From positions 25,174,001 to 25,238,000 of the forward strand of contig CM075987.1 in the NCBI GenBank assembly GCA_038087875.1: a DNA stretch of 64,000 nt, written 5' to 3'. This document shows positions 62,027 to 64,000 of this stretch, one piece after another. Under the pieces are notes generated by a model. That model did no database searches. It was not told the DNA's origin and worked only from the letters and a program-made list of their open reading frames with translations. Each line of letters starts with the position of its first letter. Position 1 is the stretch's first letter. The position numbers were made by a program, and so were the translations under genes. Origin of the DNA: Malacoraja senta. Its lineage: Eukaryota.

Positions 62027-62584
62027 AGGGCCTGTCCCACCAGCATGCGATTGCATGCATCTAGCGTGACCAAACGTGGTGGCTTGAGGCGTACGGCCTC
62101 GCGGGGCCGGTCCCACTTCCAACCGCGGAGCCGTCTGGAGTTGTGCGGAGCTGGTCCCGACATCATACTCACCAATCAGCTGGGCAGGAGGCGGGCCGAC
62201 TGAATTTGGACGTCGGGCGGTGACGTCATCGCGCAACAGCACGCCGGGCAGTGACGTCATCGCGCAATGCCACGCGCTAGGCGTACGCCATCAAGATGCT
62301 GCATACGGCGTCAAGACGCTGCATACGATGTTGAGATGTTGCGTACGCCCGTCGAGGCGCTGCGTACGGCCTCAATGCGGCTGCGGGCCGACAGGCCGTT
62401 GTCGCGCGGGATTTTCGGACAGTGCAAGATTTTTGGAGCCCCGCGCGATGTCGGGACCAGCCCCGCACAACTCCATACGCCTCCGGCGATCGAAGTGGGA
62501 CCGGCCCCGCGAGGCCGTACGCCTCAAGCGACCACGTTTGTTCGCGCTAGACGCATGCTATCGCATGCTGGTGGGACAGGCCCT
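62027..62584. mobile_element. PIF/Harbinger-type MITE with nested TIRs (opposite orientation to 50753)
   Basis: TCA TSD at 62024-62026 and 62585-62587. Confidence 0.92.
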
Positions 62585-63159
62585 TCAGAGTCATCTTCAT
62601 GTTGGCAAACTTTCACTAGTTGGGTACCTCAAGATCAGTGCTGGGCCTCTGCCGTTCACAAACTATAGTGGTAACTAAGATGGAGAGAATGAACATATTG
62701 TGTCAAAGTGTGGTGATGAAACAAAGCTACACTTGTCACGATACCAACTGTTTGCAAGGAGTTACAATTCCGTTGTGTGAGAGCACTTGAAATTAGCCAG
62801 AGGTGTATAACGCAAGGAGATCCAAGGTTAGCTATTTTATTTGTAAAGCCAGAAAGGAGAGTCTTTATTACCTGAATGTTGTGAGACAATTGCATGTTGG
62901 TGTTCAGATCCATTCATGTGCAAGAAAGAAGCATGCAGATGCAACCAGTAGTACAAACGTCAAATGTGGTGTTGACGTATATTACAGGGTCGGGAACACA
63001 AGAATAGAGATGTCTTGCAACAATCCAGGTGACACAATACTTGGAGCACAACTTTGGAACTCCCTGTTGAAGGAAAGAAGTACTTGCCTCAGAGATTGTT
63101 CAGCAGATGCTTACCCAATTGAGGGTCTTGGATATTGGCTGTCTTTTTTGAGGCATTTA

Positions 63160-63770
63160 TGCTTGCATACAAAAGCAGGGATGTAACGCTGAGGCTCTAT
63201 AAGGTCAGGCCGCATTTGGAATATTGTGAGCAATTTTGGGCACCGTATCTGAGGAAGGATGTGTTGGCTCTGGAGAGGGTCCAGAGGAGGTTTACGAGAA
63301 TGATCCCAGGAATGAGTGGGTTAGCATATGAAGCGCGTTTTATCGGCACTGCGTCTCTACTCGCTGGAGTTTAGAAGGATGAGGGGGAACCTCATTGAAA
63401 CTTACAGAATAGTGAAAGGCTGGGATAGAGTGGATGTGGAGAGGATGTTTCCACTAGTGGGGGAGTCCAGGACTAGAGGTGATAGCCTCAAAATTAAAGG
63501 GCATTCTTTTAGGAAGGAGATGAGGAGAAATTTCTTTGGACAGAGGGTGGTGAATCTGCGGAATTCTTTGCCACAGAAGGCTGTGGAGGCCAAGTTAGTG
63601 GATATTTTCAAGGCAGAGATAGATAGAATTAGGATTAGTACGGGTGTCAGAGGTTATGGGGAGAAGGCAGGAGAATGGGTTTAGGAGGGACAGATACATC
63701 AGCCATGATTGAATGGTGGGGTAGACTTGATGGTCCGAATGGCCTAATTCTGCTCCTTTGACCTTATGAA
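63160..63770 (+). mobile_element. CR1 LINE 3' end, frameshifted
   Basis: RPHLEYCEQFWAPYLRKDVLALERVQRRFTRMIPG / LYSLEFRRMRGNLIETY.. Confidence 0.92.
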
Positions 63771-64000
63771 CATCTTTGATGGTGTGGAGGTCGGAGCCTT
63801 CAATGGACTGGGCAATAACCACCACCTGTCATCCCCTCTGTCCATTTGTTACTGTAAGAACACAAGAAATAGATGCAGTAGTGGACCACATAGCTCTGAA
63901 GACTGCCCAACCATTGAATTAAATCTTGGTTAATAGAACTTTGGCCTCAGCTCAGTTTTGCTATCCAATCTGTGCATCCTTTTAACATTGCGTTATTCGT

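Overview
Vertebrate non-coding DNA (intergenic or large intron) that is almost entirely transposon-derived. The repeat set (HE1-type V-SINEs sharing a tail with HER1/CR1 LINEs) points to a cartilaginous fish, probably a skate or ray (inference). No complete protein-coding gene is supported; one weak orphan exon candidate lies at 10700-10802. Contents: about 25 tRNA-headed V-SINEs, many 5'-truncated CR1 fragments, L2, Rex1, L1, RTE-like and Gypsy remnants, about 11 PIF/Harbinger-type MITEs, one Tc1-type remnant, many Penelope-like (PLE) terminal-repeat fragments, long microsatellites and two 200-N gaps. The main result is two self-cleaving-RNA motifs in mobile elements. (1) A 141-bp element in two copies (22152-22292, 53693-53833; 4 differences) whose first 54 nt fold by eye into a complete minimal HDV/CPEB3-like ribozyme, followed by a hairpin and a (GAA)n tail, flanked by target-site duplications (TSDs). 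(2) A minimal hammerhead core in the PLE terminal repeat, near which PLE fold-back junctions cluster. Family names come from recognition, not database searches, and boundaries without a stated TSD are approximate.
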